Positions 1 through 6,706 of a stretch of DNA of 11,023 nucleotides are shown here, piece after piece. The DNA lies in the IMG/VR virus record IMGVR_UViG_2531839448_000002, one strand, 5' to 3'. The notes below the pieces were generated by a model. It had not been told where the DNA came from and made no database searches. It saw nothing but the letters and a program-made list of their open reading frames with translations. The stretch's first letter is position 1. Every line of letters starts with the position of its first letter. The translations under genes were made by a program, and so were the position numbers. This DNA comes from a virus. Taxonomy: Duplodnaviria > Heunggongvirae > Uroviricota > Caudoviricetes.

Positions 1-974
1 AGGCTGCCAGCGATCCGATGGTGGACGGCATTCTGCTGGATATGGACACACCGGGCGGGATGGTGGCGGGAGCATTTGACTGTGCTGACATCATCGCCCG
101 TGTGCGAGACATAAAACCGGTATGGGCGCTGGCCAACGACATGAACTGCAGTGCAGGTCAGCTGCTTGCCAGCGCCGCCTCCCGGCGTCTGGTCACGCAG
201 ACCGCCCGGACAGGCTCCATCGGCGTCATGATGGCTCACAGTAATTACGGTGCTGCGCTGGAGAAACAGGGCGTGGAAATCACGCTGATTTACAGCGGCA
301 GCCATAAGGTGGATGGCAACCCCTACAGCCATCTACCGGATGATGTCCGGGAAACACTGCAGTCCCGGATGGATGCAACCCGCCGGATGTTTGCACAGAA
401 GGTGTCGGCATATACCGGCCTGTCCGTGCAGGCTGTGCTGGATACCGAGGCTGCAGTGTACAGCGGTCAGGAGGCCATTGATGCCGGACTGGCTGATGAA
501 CTTGTGAACAGTACCGATGCGATCACCGTCATGCGTGATGCACTGGATGCACGTAAATCCCGTCTCTCAGGAGGGCGAATGACCAAAGAGACTCAATCAA
601 CAACTGTTTCAGCCACTGCTTTGCAGGCTGACGTTACTGGCGTAGTGCAAGCGACGGAGGGCGAGAACGCCAGCGCTGCGCAGCCGGACGTGAACGCGCA
701 GATCACCGCAGCGGTTGCGGCAGAAAACAGTCGCATTATGGGGATCCTCAACTGTGAGGAGGCTCACGGACGCGAAGAACAGGCATGCGTGCTGGCCGAA
801 ACCCCCGGTATGACCGTGGAAACGGCCCGCCGTATTCTGGCCGCAGCACCACAGAGTGCACAGGCGCGCAGTGACACTGCGCTGGATCGTCTGATGCAGG
901 GGGCACCGGCACCGCTGGCTGCAGGTAACCCGGCATCTGATGCCGTTAACGATTTGCTGAACACACCAGTGTAA
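1..974 (+). CDS. C: Prohead protease / minor capsid protein C (lambda gpC-like, S49/ClpP-like peptidase), 5'-truncated by the window edge
   Basis: Open frame runs from the window edge (codons in phase from nt 3) to TAA at 972-974. The translation (...VDGILLDMDTPGGMVAGAFDCADIIARVRD...TARTGSIGVMMAHSNYGAALEKQGVEITLIYSGSHKVDGNPY...) is recognisable as the C-terminal two-thirds of lambda gpC. The ATG at 18 is internal, not the true start. Confidence 0.9.
   Translation, partial: AASDPMVDGILLDMDTPGGMVAGAFDCADIIARVRDIKPVWALANDMNCSAGQLLASAASRRLVTQTARTGSIGVMMAHSNYGAALEKQGVEITLIYSGSHKVDGNPYSHLPDDVRETLQSRMDATRRMFAQKVSAYTGLSVQAVLDTEAAVYSGQEAIDAGLADELVNSTDAITVMRDALDARKSRLSGGRMTKETQSTTVSATALQADVTGVVQATEGENASAAQPDVNAQITAAVAAENSRIMGILNCEEAHGREEQACVLAETPGMTVETARRILAAAPQSAQARSDTALDRLMQGAPAPLAAGNPASDAVNDLLNTPV
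579..974 (+). CDS. nu3: Capsid scaffolding protein Nu3, nested in-frame in the 3' end of C
   Basis: Internal ATG at 579 preceded by a strong SD (caGGAGGGcgaATG) gives a 131-aa product (MTKETQSTTVSAT...NDLLNTPV) sharing frame and stop with C, matching the known lambda C/Nu3 nested arrangement and the Nu3 length. Confidence 0.8.
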   Translation: MTKETQSTTVSATALQADVTGVVQATEGENASAAQPDVNAQITAAVAAENSRIMGILNCEEAHGREEQACVLAETPGMTVETARRILAAAPQSAQARSDTALDRLMQGAPAPLAAGNPASDAVNDLLNTPV

Positions 975-983
975 GGGATGTTT

Positions 984-1316
984 ATGACGAGCAAAGAAAC
1001 CTTTACCCATTACCAGCCGCTGGGCAACAGTGACCCGGCTCATACCGCAACCGCGCCCGGCGGGTTGAGTGCGAAAGCGCCTGCAATGACCCCGCTGATG
1101 CTGGACACCTCCACCCGTAAGCTGGTTGCGTGGGATGGCACCACCGACGGTGCTGCCGTTGGCATTCTTGCAGTTGCTGCTGACCAGACCAGCACCACAC
1201 TGACGTTCTACAAGTCCGGCACGTTCCGTTATGAGGATGTGCTCTGGCCGGAGGCTGCCAGCGACGAGACGAAAAAACGGACCGCGTTTGCCGGAACGGC
1301 AATCAGCATCGTTTAA
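984..1316 (+). CDS. D: Head decoration protein D (gpD-like)
   Basis: The 110-aa product [27 protein letters not shown]...AGTAISIV is near-identical to my recollection of lambda gpD. SD aaggg lies 6 nt upstream of the ATG at 984. The ORF-track start at 978 adds two residues (MF) and is probably not used. Confidence 0.93.
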   Translation: MTSKETFTHYQPLGNSDPAHTATAPGGLSAKAPAMTPLMLDTSTRKLVAWDGTTDGAAVGILAVAADQTSTTLTFYKSGTFRYEDVLWPEAASDETKKRTAFAGTAISIV

Positions 1317-1333
1317 CCTGACCCTTCATCACT

Positions 1334-1358
1334 AAAGGCCGCCTGTGCGGCTTTTTTT
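1334..1358 (+). terminator. D-E intercistronic GC hairpin followed by a T-run (terminator-like or RNA-stabilising structure)
   Basis: aaaGGCCGCctgtGCGGCttttttt: a 5-6 bp GC stem with a 4-nt loop followed by seven T, then a second T-run immediately before the E start codon. Confidence 0.45.
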
Positions 1359-1371
1359 ACGGGATTTTTTT

Positions 1372-2397
1372 ATGTCGATGTACACAACCGCCCAGCTGCT
1401 GGCGGCAAATGAGCAGAAATTTAAGTTTGATCCGCTGTTTCTGCGTCTCTTTTTCCGTGAGAGCTATCCCTTCACCACGGAAAAAGTCTATCTCTCACAA
1501 ATTCCTGGACTGGTAAACATGGCGCTGTACGTTTCGCCAATTGTTTCCGGTGAGGTTATCCGTTCCCGTGGCGGCTCCACCTCTGAATTTACGCCGGGTT
1601 ATGTCAAGCCGAAGCATGAGGTGAATCCGCAGATGACCCTGCGTCGCCTGCCGGATGAAGATCCGCAGAATCTGGCGGACCCGGCTTACCGCCGCCGTCG
1701 CATCATCCTGCAGAACATGCGTGACGAAGAGCTGGCCATTGCTCAGGTCGAAGAGATGCAGGCAGTTTCTGCCGTGCTCAAGGGCAAATACACCATGACC
1801 GGTGAAGCCTTCGATCCGGTTGAGGTGGATATGGGCCGCAGTGAGGCGAATAACATCACGCAGTCCGGCGGCACGGAGTGGAGCAAGCGTGACAAGTCCA
1901 CGTATGACCCGACCGACGATATCGAAGCCTACGCGCTGAACGCCAGCGGTGTGGTGAATATCATCGTGTTTGATCCGAAAGGCTGGGCGCTGTTCCGTTC
2001 CTTCAAAGCCGTCAAGGAGAAGCTGGATACCCGTCGCGGCTCTCATTCCGAGCTGGAGACAGCGGTAAAAGACCTGGGCAAAGCGGTGTCCTATAAGGGA
2101 ATGTATGGCGATGTGGCCATCGTCGTGTATTCCGGACAGTACGTGGAAAACGGCGTCAAAAAGAACTTCCTGCCGGACAACACGATGGTGCTGGGGAACA
2201 CTCAGGCTCGCGGTCTGCGCACCTATGGCTGCATTCAGGATGCGGACGCACAGCGCGAAGGCATTAACGCCTCTGCCCGTTACCCGAAAAACTGGGTGAC
2301 TACCGGCGATCCGGCGCGTGAGTTCACCATGATTCAGTCAGCACCGCTGATGCTGCTGGCTGATCCTGATGAGTTCGTGTCCGTTCAACTGGCGTAA
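1372..2397 (+). CDS. E: Major capsid protein E (gpE-like, HK97 fold)
   Basis: The 341-aa product MSMYTTAQLLAANEQKFKFDPLFLRLFFRESYPFTTEKVYLSQIPGLVNMALYVSPIVSGE...DEFVSVQLA matches lambda gpE in sequence and length. The ORF-track start at 1345 reads through the upstream hairpin and T-run and is rejected. Confidence 0.95.
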   Translation: MSMYTTAQLLAANEQKFKFDPLFLRLFFRESYPFTTEKVYLSQIPGLVNMALYVSPIVSGEVIRSRGGSTSEFTPGYVKPKHEVNPQMTLRRLPDEDPQNLADPAYRRRRIILQNMRDEELAIAQVEEMQAVSAVLKGKYTMTGEAFDPVEVDMGRSEANNITQSGGTEWSKRDKSTYDPTDDIEAYALNASGVVNIIVFDPKGWALFRSFKAVKEKLDTRRGSHSELETAVKDLGKAVSYKGMYGDVAIVVYSGQYVENGVKKNFLPDNTMVLGNTQARGLRTYGCIQDADAQREGINASARYPKNWVTTGDPAREFTMIQSAPLMLLADPDEFVSVQLA

Positions 2398-2399
2398 TC

Positions 2400-2420
2400 A
2401 TGGCCCTTCGGGGCCATTTT
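2400..2420 (+). terminator. E-FI intercistronic hairpin with UUCG tetraloop followed by a T-rich tract
   Basis: ATGGCCC-ttcg-GGGCCAT forms a perfect 7-bp stem with a UUCG loop, followed by tttctctct, 3 nt after the E stop codon. Confidence 0.45.
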
Positions 2421-2438
2421 CTCTCTGTGGAGGAGTTC

Positions 2439-2834
2439 ATGACGAAAGATGAACTGATTGCCCGTCTTCAGGTGCTGGGTGAGCAACTGAACCGTGATGT
2501 CAGCCTGACGGGGACGAAAGAAGAACTGGTGCTCCGTGTGGCAGAGCTGGAAGAGGAGCTTGATGACACGGATGACGCTGCCGGTCAGGACACATCTGTC
2601 AGCCCGGAAAATGCGCTGACCGGACATGAAAATGAGGTGGTATCAGCGCAGCCGGATACCGTGATTGATACGGCTGCTCTGGTCACGGTTGTGGCACTGG
2701 TGACGCTGCATACTGATGCACTTCACGCCACGCGGGATGAGCCTGTGGCATTTGTGCTGCCGGGAACGGCGTTTCGTGTCTCTGCCGGTGTGGCAGCCGA
2801 AATGACAGAACATGGCCTGGCCAGAATGCAATAA
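2439..2834 (+). CDS. FI: DNA packaging / head assembly protein FI (gpFI-like)
   Basis: The 132-aa product MTKDELIARLQVLGEQLNRDVSLTGTKEEL...EMTEHGLARMQ resembles lambda gpFI. SD GGAGG lies 6 nt upstream of the ATG at 2439. The upstream in-frame ATG at 2400 sits inside the hairpin. Confidence 0.9.
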   Translation: MTKDELIARLQVLGEQLNRDVSLTGTKEELVLRVAELEEELDDTDDAAGQDTSVSPENALTGHENEVVSAQPDTVIDTAALVTVVALVTLHTDALHATRDEPVAFVLPGTAFRVSAGVAAEMTEHGLARMQ

Positions 2835-2845
2835 CGGGAGGCGCT

Positions 2846-3199
2846 GTGGCTGATTTCGATAACCTGTTCGATGCTGCCATTGCCCGCGCCGATGAAACGA
2901 TACGCGGGTACATGGGAACGTCAGCCACCATGACATCCGGTGAGCAGTCAGGTGCGGTGATACGTGGTGTTTTTGATGACCCTGAAAATATCAGCTATGC
3001 CGGACAGGGCGTGCGCGTTGAAGGCTCCAGCCCGTCCCTGTTTGTCCGGACTGATGATGTGCGGCAGCTGCGGCGTGGAGACACACTGACCATCGGCGAG
3101 GAAAACTTCTGGGTGGACCGGATTTCGCCGGATGATGGCGGAAGCTGTCATCTCTGGCTTGGGCGTGGCGTGCCGCCTGCCGTTAACCGTCGCCGCTGA
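2846..3199 (+). CDS. FII: Head completion / head-tail joining protein FII (gpFII-like), GTG start
   Basis: The 117-aa product (M)ADFDNLFDAAIARADETIRGYMGTSAT...GRGVPPAVNRRR matches lambda gpFII. It starts at GTG 2846, with SD GGGAGG upstream. Confidence 0.9.
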   Translation: MADFDNLFDAAIARADETIRGYMGTSATMTSGEQSGAVIRGVFDDPENISYAGQGVRVEGSSPSLFVRTDDVRQLRRGDTLTIGEENFWVDRISPDDGGSCHLWLGRGVPPAVNRRR

Positions 3200-3210
3200 A
3201 AGGGGGATGT

Positions 3211-3789
3211 ATGGCCATAAAAGGTCTTGAGCAGGCCGTTGAAAACCTCAGCCGTATCAGCAAAACGGCGGTGCCTGGTGCCGCCGCAATGGCCATTAAC
3301 CGCGTTGCGTCATCCGCGATATCGCAGTCGGCGTCACAGGTTGCCCGTGAGACAAAGGTACGCCGGAAACTGGTAAAGGAAAGGGCCAGGCTGAAAAGGG
3401 CCACGGTCAAAAATCCGCAGGCCAGAATCAAAGTTAACCGGGGGGATTTGCCCGTAATAAAGCTGGGTAACGCGCGGGTTGTCCTGTCCCGACGCAGGCG
3501 TCGTAAAAAGGGGCAGCGTTCAGCCCTGAAAGGTGGCGGCAGTGTGCTTGTGGTGGGAAACCGTCGTATTCCCGGCACGTTTATTCAGCAACTGAAAAAC
3601 GGCCGGTGGCATGTTATGCAGCGTGTGGCCGGGAAAAACCGTTACCCCATTGATGTAGTGAAAATCCCGATGGCGGTGCCGCTGACCACGGCGTTTAAAC
3701 AGAATATTGAACGGATACGGCGTGAACGTCTTCCGAAAGAGCTGGGCTATGCGCTGCAGCATCAACTGAGGATGGTAATAAAGCGATGA
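3211..3789 (+). CDS. Z: Tail completion protein Z (gpZ-like)
   Basis: The 192-aa product MAIKGLEQAVENLSRISKTAVPGAAAMAINRV... matches lambda gpZ in sequence, length and position. Its stop overlaps the U start (ATGA). Confidence 0.9.
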   Translation: MAIKGLEQAVENLSRISKTAVPGAAAMAINRVASSAISQSASQVARETKVRRKLVKERARLKRATVKNPQARIKVNRGDLPVIKLGNARVVLSRRRRRKKGQRSALKGGGSVLVVGNRRIPGTFIQQLKNGRWHVMQRVAGKNRYPIDVVKIPMAVPLTTAFKQNIERIRRERLPKELGYALQHQLRMVIKR

Positions 3790-4181
3790 AACATACTGAA
3801 CTCCGTGCAGCCGTACTGGATGCACTGGAGAAGCATGACACCGGGGCGACGTTTTTTGATGGTCGCCCCGCTGTTTTTGATGAGGCGGATTTTCCGGCAG
3901 TTGCCGTTTATCTCACCGGCGCTGAATACACGGGCGAAGAGCTGGACAGCGATACCTGGCAGGCGGAGCTGCATATCGAAGTTTTCCTGCCTGCTCAGGT
4001 GCCGGATTCAGAGCTGGATGCGTGGATGGAGTCCCGGATTTATCCGGTGATGAGCGATATCCCGGCACTGTCAGATTTGATCACCAGTATGGTGGCCAGC
4101 GGCTATGACTACCGGCGCGACGATGATGCGGGCCTGTGGAGTTCAGCCGATCTGACTTATGTCATTACCTATGAAATGTGA
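3786..4181 (+). CDS. U: Tail tube terminator protein U (gpU-like)
   Basis: The 131-aa product MKHTELRAAVLDALEKHDTGATFFDGRPAVFDEADFPAVAVYLTG...LTYVITYEM matches lambda gpU. Stop TGA is at 4179-4181. Confidence 0.92.
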   Translation: MKHTELRAAVLDALEKHDTGATFFDGRPAVFDEADFPAVAVYLTGAEYTGEELDSDTWQAELHIEVFLPAQVPDSELDAWMESRIYPVMSDIPALSDLITSMVASGYDYRRDDDAGLWSSADLTYVITYEM

Positions 4182-4184
4182 GGA

Positions 4185-4193
4185 CGCTATGCC
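4185..4193. repeat. Left copy of the 9-bp IS10 target-site duplication (CGCTATGCC)
   Basis: An identical 9-mer, CGCTATGCC, directly abuts both ends of the IS element (4185-4193 and 5524-5532). It contains the original SD-proximal ATG of V. Confidence 0.85.
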
Positions 4194-4222
4194 CTGATGA
4201 ATCCCCTAATGATTTTTATCAA

Positions 4223-4273
4223 AATCATTAAGTTAAGGTAGATACACATCTTGTCATATGATCAAATGGTTTC
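4223..4273 (+). promoter_or_regulatory. IS10 outside-end regulatory region: putative IHF site and pIN promoter with Dam GATC site
   Basis: AATCATTAAGTTA resembles an IHF consensus at the position expected in IS10 (about bp 30-42). GATC at 4260-4263 falls where the Dam-regulated -10 region of the transposase promoter pIN lies in IS10. Assignments are by position from recalled IS10 organisation, not measured. Confidence 0.4.
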
Positions 4274-4308
4274 GCCAAAAATCAATAATCAGACAACAAA
4301 ATGTGCGA
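4239..4308 (-). ncRNA. Putative IS10 antisense RNA-OUT, complementary to the transposase mRNA 5' end
   Basis: Placed by positional homology only: in IS10, RNA-OUT is transcribed outward from about bp 115 to bp 46 and overlaps the transposase start codon (here ATG 4301). Boundaries are approximate. Confidence 0.4.
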
Positions 4309-5510
4309 ACTCGATATTTTACACGACTCTCTTTACCAATTCTGCCCCGAATTACACTTAAAACGACTCAACAGCTTAACGTTGGCTTGCCACGCCTTAC
4401 TTGACTGTAAAACTCTCACTCTTACCGAACTTGGCCGTAACCTGCCAACCAAAGCGAGAACAAAACATAACATCAAACGAATCGACCGATTGTTAGGTAA
4501 TCGTCACCTCCACAAAGAGCGACTCGCTGTATACCGTTGGCATGCTAGCTTTATCTGTTCGGGCAATACGATGCCCATTGTACTTGTTGACTGGTCTGAT
4601 ATCCGTGAGCAAAAACGGCTTATGGTATTGCGAGCTTCAGTCGCACTACACGGTCGTTCTGTTACTCTTTATGAGAAAGCGTTCCCGCTTTCAGAGCAAT
4701 GTTCAAAGAAAGCTCATGACCAATTTCTAGCCGACCTTGCGAGCATTCTACCGAGTAACACCACACCGCTCATTGTCAGTGATGCTGGCTTTAAAGTGCC
4801 ATGGTATAAATCCGTTGAGAAGCTGGGTTGGTACTGGTTAAGTCGAGTAAGAGGAAAAGTACAATATGCAGACCTAGGAGCGGAAAACTGGAAACCTATC
4901 AGCAACTTACATGATATGTCATCTAGTCACTCAAAGACTTTAGGCTATAAGAGGCTGACTAAAAGCAATCCAATCTCATGCCAAATTCTATTGTATAAAT
5001 CTCGCTCTAAAGGCCGAAAAAATCAGCGCTCGACACGGACTCATTGTCACCACCCGTCACCTAAAATCTACTCAGCGTCGGCAAAGGAGCCATGGATTCT
5101 AGCAACTAACTTACCTGTTGAAATTCGAACACCCAAACAACTTGTTAATATCTATTCGAAGCGAATGCAGATTGAAGAAACCTTACCGAGACTTGAAAAG
5201 TCCTGCCTACGGACTAGGCCTACGCCATAGCCGAACGAGCAGCTCAGAGCGTTTTGATATCATGCTGCTAATCGCCCTGATGCTTCAACTAACATGTTGG
5301 CTTGCGGGCGTTCATGCTCAGAAACAAGGTTGGGACAAGCACTTCCAGGCTAACACAGTCAGAAATCGAAACGTACTCTCAACAGTTCGCTTAGGCATGG
5401 AAGTTTTGCGGCATTCTGGCTACACAATAACAAGGGAAGACTCACTCGTGGCTGCAACCCTGCTTACTCAAAATCTATTCACACATGGTTACGTTTTGGG
5501 GAAATTATGA
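4301..5510 (+). pseudogene. IS10 transposase, frameshifted (disrupted single ORF)
   Basis: The expected continuous ~402-aa ORF is split into 4301-5230 (309 aa, ending ...QIEETLPRLEKSCLRTRPTP) and a +1-phase ORF 5118-5510 (...KPYRDLKSPAYGLGLRHSRTSSSERFDIML...). Both parts read as transposase on either side of about 5181-5190 (ccttaccgag). The element is 1 bp longer than canonical IS10, consistent with a single-base insertion. Confidence 0.8.
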
Positions 5511-5523
5511 GGGGATCTCTCAG

Positions 5524-5532
5524 CGCTATGCC
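5524..5532. repeat. Right copy of the 9-bp IS10 target-site duplication (CGCTATGCC)
   Basis: Identical to 4185-4193. It contains the functional V start codon at 5528. Confidence 0.85.
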
Positions 5533-6268
5533 TGTACCAAATCCTGTAATGCCGGTGAAAGGTGCCGGGACCACCCTGTGGGTTTATAAGGGGAGCGGTG
5601 ACCCTTATGCGAATCCGCTTTCAGACGTTGACTGGTCGCGTCTGGCAAAAGTTAAAGACCTGACGCCCGGCGAACTGACCGCTGAGTCCTATGACGACAG
5701 CTATCTCGATGATGAAGATGCAGACTGGACTGCGACCGGGCAGGGGCAGAAATCTGCCGGAGATACCAGCTTCACGCTGGCGTGGATGCCCGGAGAGCAG
5801 GGGCAGCAGGCGCTGCTGGCGTGGTTTAATGAAGGCGATACCCGTGCCTATAAAATCCGCTTCCCGAACGGCACGGTCGATGTGTTCCGTGGCTGGGTCA
5901 GCAGTATCGGTAAGGCGGTGACGGCGAAGGAAGTGATCACCCGCACGGTGAAAGTCACCAATGTGGGACGTCCGTCGATGGCAGAAGATCGCAGCACGGT
6001 AACAGCGGCAACCGGTATGACCGTGACGCCAGCCAGCGCTTCCGTAGTGAAAGGGAAGAGCACCACGCTGACCGTGGCATTCCAGCCGGAAGGCGCAACC
6101 GACAAGAGCTTCCGTGCGGTGTCAGCGGATAAAACAAAAGCCACCGTGTCGGTCAGTGGTATGACCATCACCGTGAATGGCGTTGCTGCAGGTAAGGTCA
6201 ACATTCCGGTCGTATCCGGTAATGGTGAGTTTGCTGCGGTTGCAGAAATCACCGTCACCGCCAGTTAA
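5528..6268 (+). CDS. V: Major tail tube protein V (gpV-like) with C-terminal Ig-like domain
   Basis: The 246-aa product [36 protein letters not shown]...AEITVTAS matches lambda gpV. The C-terminal ~80 aa ([25 protein letters not shown]...) is the Ig-like (Big_2-type) domain. The ORF-track start at 5507 lies inside IS10 (see findings). Confidence 0.9.
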   Translation: MPVPNPVMPVKGAGTTLWVYKGSGDPYANPLSDVDWSRLAKVKDLTPGELTAESYDDSYLDDEDADWTATGQGQKSAGDTSFTLAWMPGEQGQQALLAWFNEGDTRAYKIRFPNGTVDVFRGWVSSIGKAVTAKEVITRTVKVTNVGRPSMAEDRSTVTAATGMTVTPASASVVKGKSTTLTVAFQPEGATDKSFRAVSADKTKATVSVSGMTITVNGVAAGKVNIPVVSGNGEFAAVAEITVTAS

Positions 6269-6283
6269 TCCGGAGAGTCAGAG

Positions 6284-6706
6284 ATGTTCCTGAAAACCGA
6301 ATCATTTGAACATAACGGCGTGACCGTCACGCTTTCTGAACTGTCAGCCCTGCAGCGTATTGAGCATCTCGCCCTGATGAAACGGCAGGCAGAACAGGCG
6401 GAGTCAGACAGCAACCGGCAGGTTACTGTGGAAGACGTCATCAGAACCGGTGCTTGTGTGGTGGCGATGTCCCTGTGGCATAACCATCCGAAGAAGACGC
6501 AGATGCCGTCCATGAATGAAGCCGTTAAACAGATTGAGCAGGAAGTGCTTACCACCTGGCCTACAGAGGCAATTTCTCATGCTGAAAACGTGGTGTACCG
6601 GCTGTCCGGTATGTATGAGTTTGTGGTGAATGATGCCCCTGAACAGGCAGAGGACGCTGGGCCTGCAGAGCCTGTTTCTGCGGGAAAGTGTTCGACGGTG
6701 AGCTGA
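6284..6706 (+). CDS. G: Tail assembly chaperone G (gpG-like)
   Basis: The 140-aa product MFLKTESFEHNGVTVTLSELSALQRIEHLALMKRQAEQ... matches lambda gpG. SD GGAGAG lies upstream. Confidence 0.9.
   Translation: MFLKTESFEHNGVTVTLSELSALQRIEHLALMKRQAEQAESDSNRQVTVEDVIRTGACVVAMSLWHNHPKKTQMPSMNEAVKQIEQEVLTTWPTEAISHAENVVYRLSGMYEFVVNDAPEQAEDAGPAEPVSAGKCSTVS

Larger units (their letters stand above)
4194..5523 (+). mobile_element. IS10 insertion sequence (IS4 family), outside end at left, inside end at right
   Basis: Starts CTGATGAATCCCCTAATGATTTT (IS10 outside-end repeat) and ends ...GGGGATCTCTCAG (inside-end repeat, imperfect inverted complement). The encoded protein MCELDILHDSLYQFCPELHLKRLNSLTLACHALL... 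is recognisable as IS10 transposase. The block is visibly AT-richer than the flanking phage DNA and is flanked by a 9-bp direct repeat. Length is 1330 bp, against the 1329 bp I recall for IS10. Confidence 0.93.

Noticed and set aside
313-1302. Alternative-frame and antisense ORFs over C, Nu3 and D (313-507 +, 609-1043 -, 748-936 -, 764-994 -, 1003-1302 -)
   Set aside because: They overlap conserved structural genes, have implausible composition and lack independent ribosome-binding sites.
1345-1371. ORF-track start of E at ATG 1345 (9 extra codons, MRLFLRDFF)
   Set aside because: The extension reads through the intercistronic hairpin and T-run. The ATG at 1372 gives the expected MSMYTT N-terminus and protein length.
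2400-2438. ORF-track start of FI at ATG 2400
   Set aside because: That ATG lies within the UUCG hairpin stem. The ATG at 2439 has a GGAGG Shine-Dalgarno 6 nt upstream and gives the expected 132-aa protein.
4542-4905. Small ORFs inside IS10 in other frames or strand (4542-4730 +, 4714-4905 -)
   Set aside because: They are alternative-frame reads within the transposase gene, with no start context or recognisable product.
5118-5230. Programmed frameshifting as the explanation for the two overlapping transposase ORFs
   Set aside because: IS10 (IS4 family) encodes its transposase as a single ORF. There is no slippery heptamer or downstream structure at the frame switch, and the element is 1 bp longer than expected, all pointing to an indel rather than recoding.
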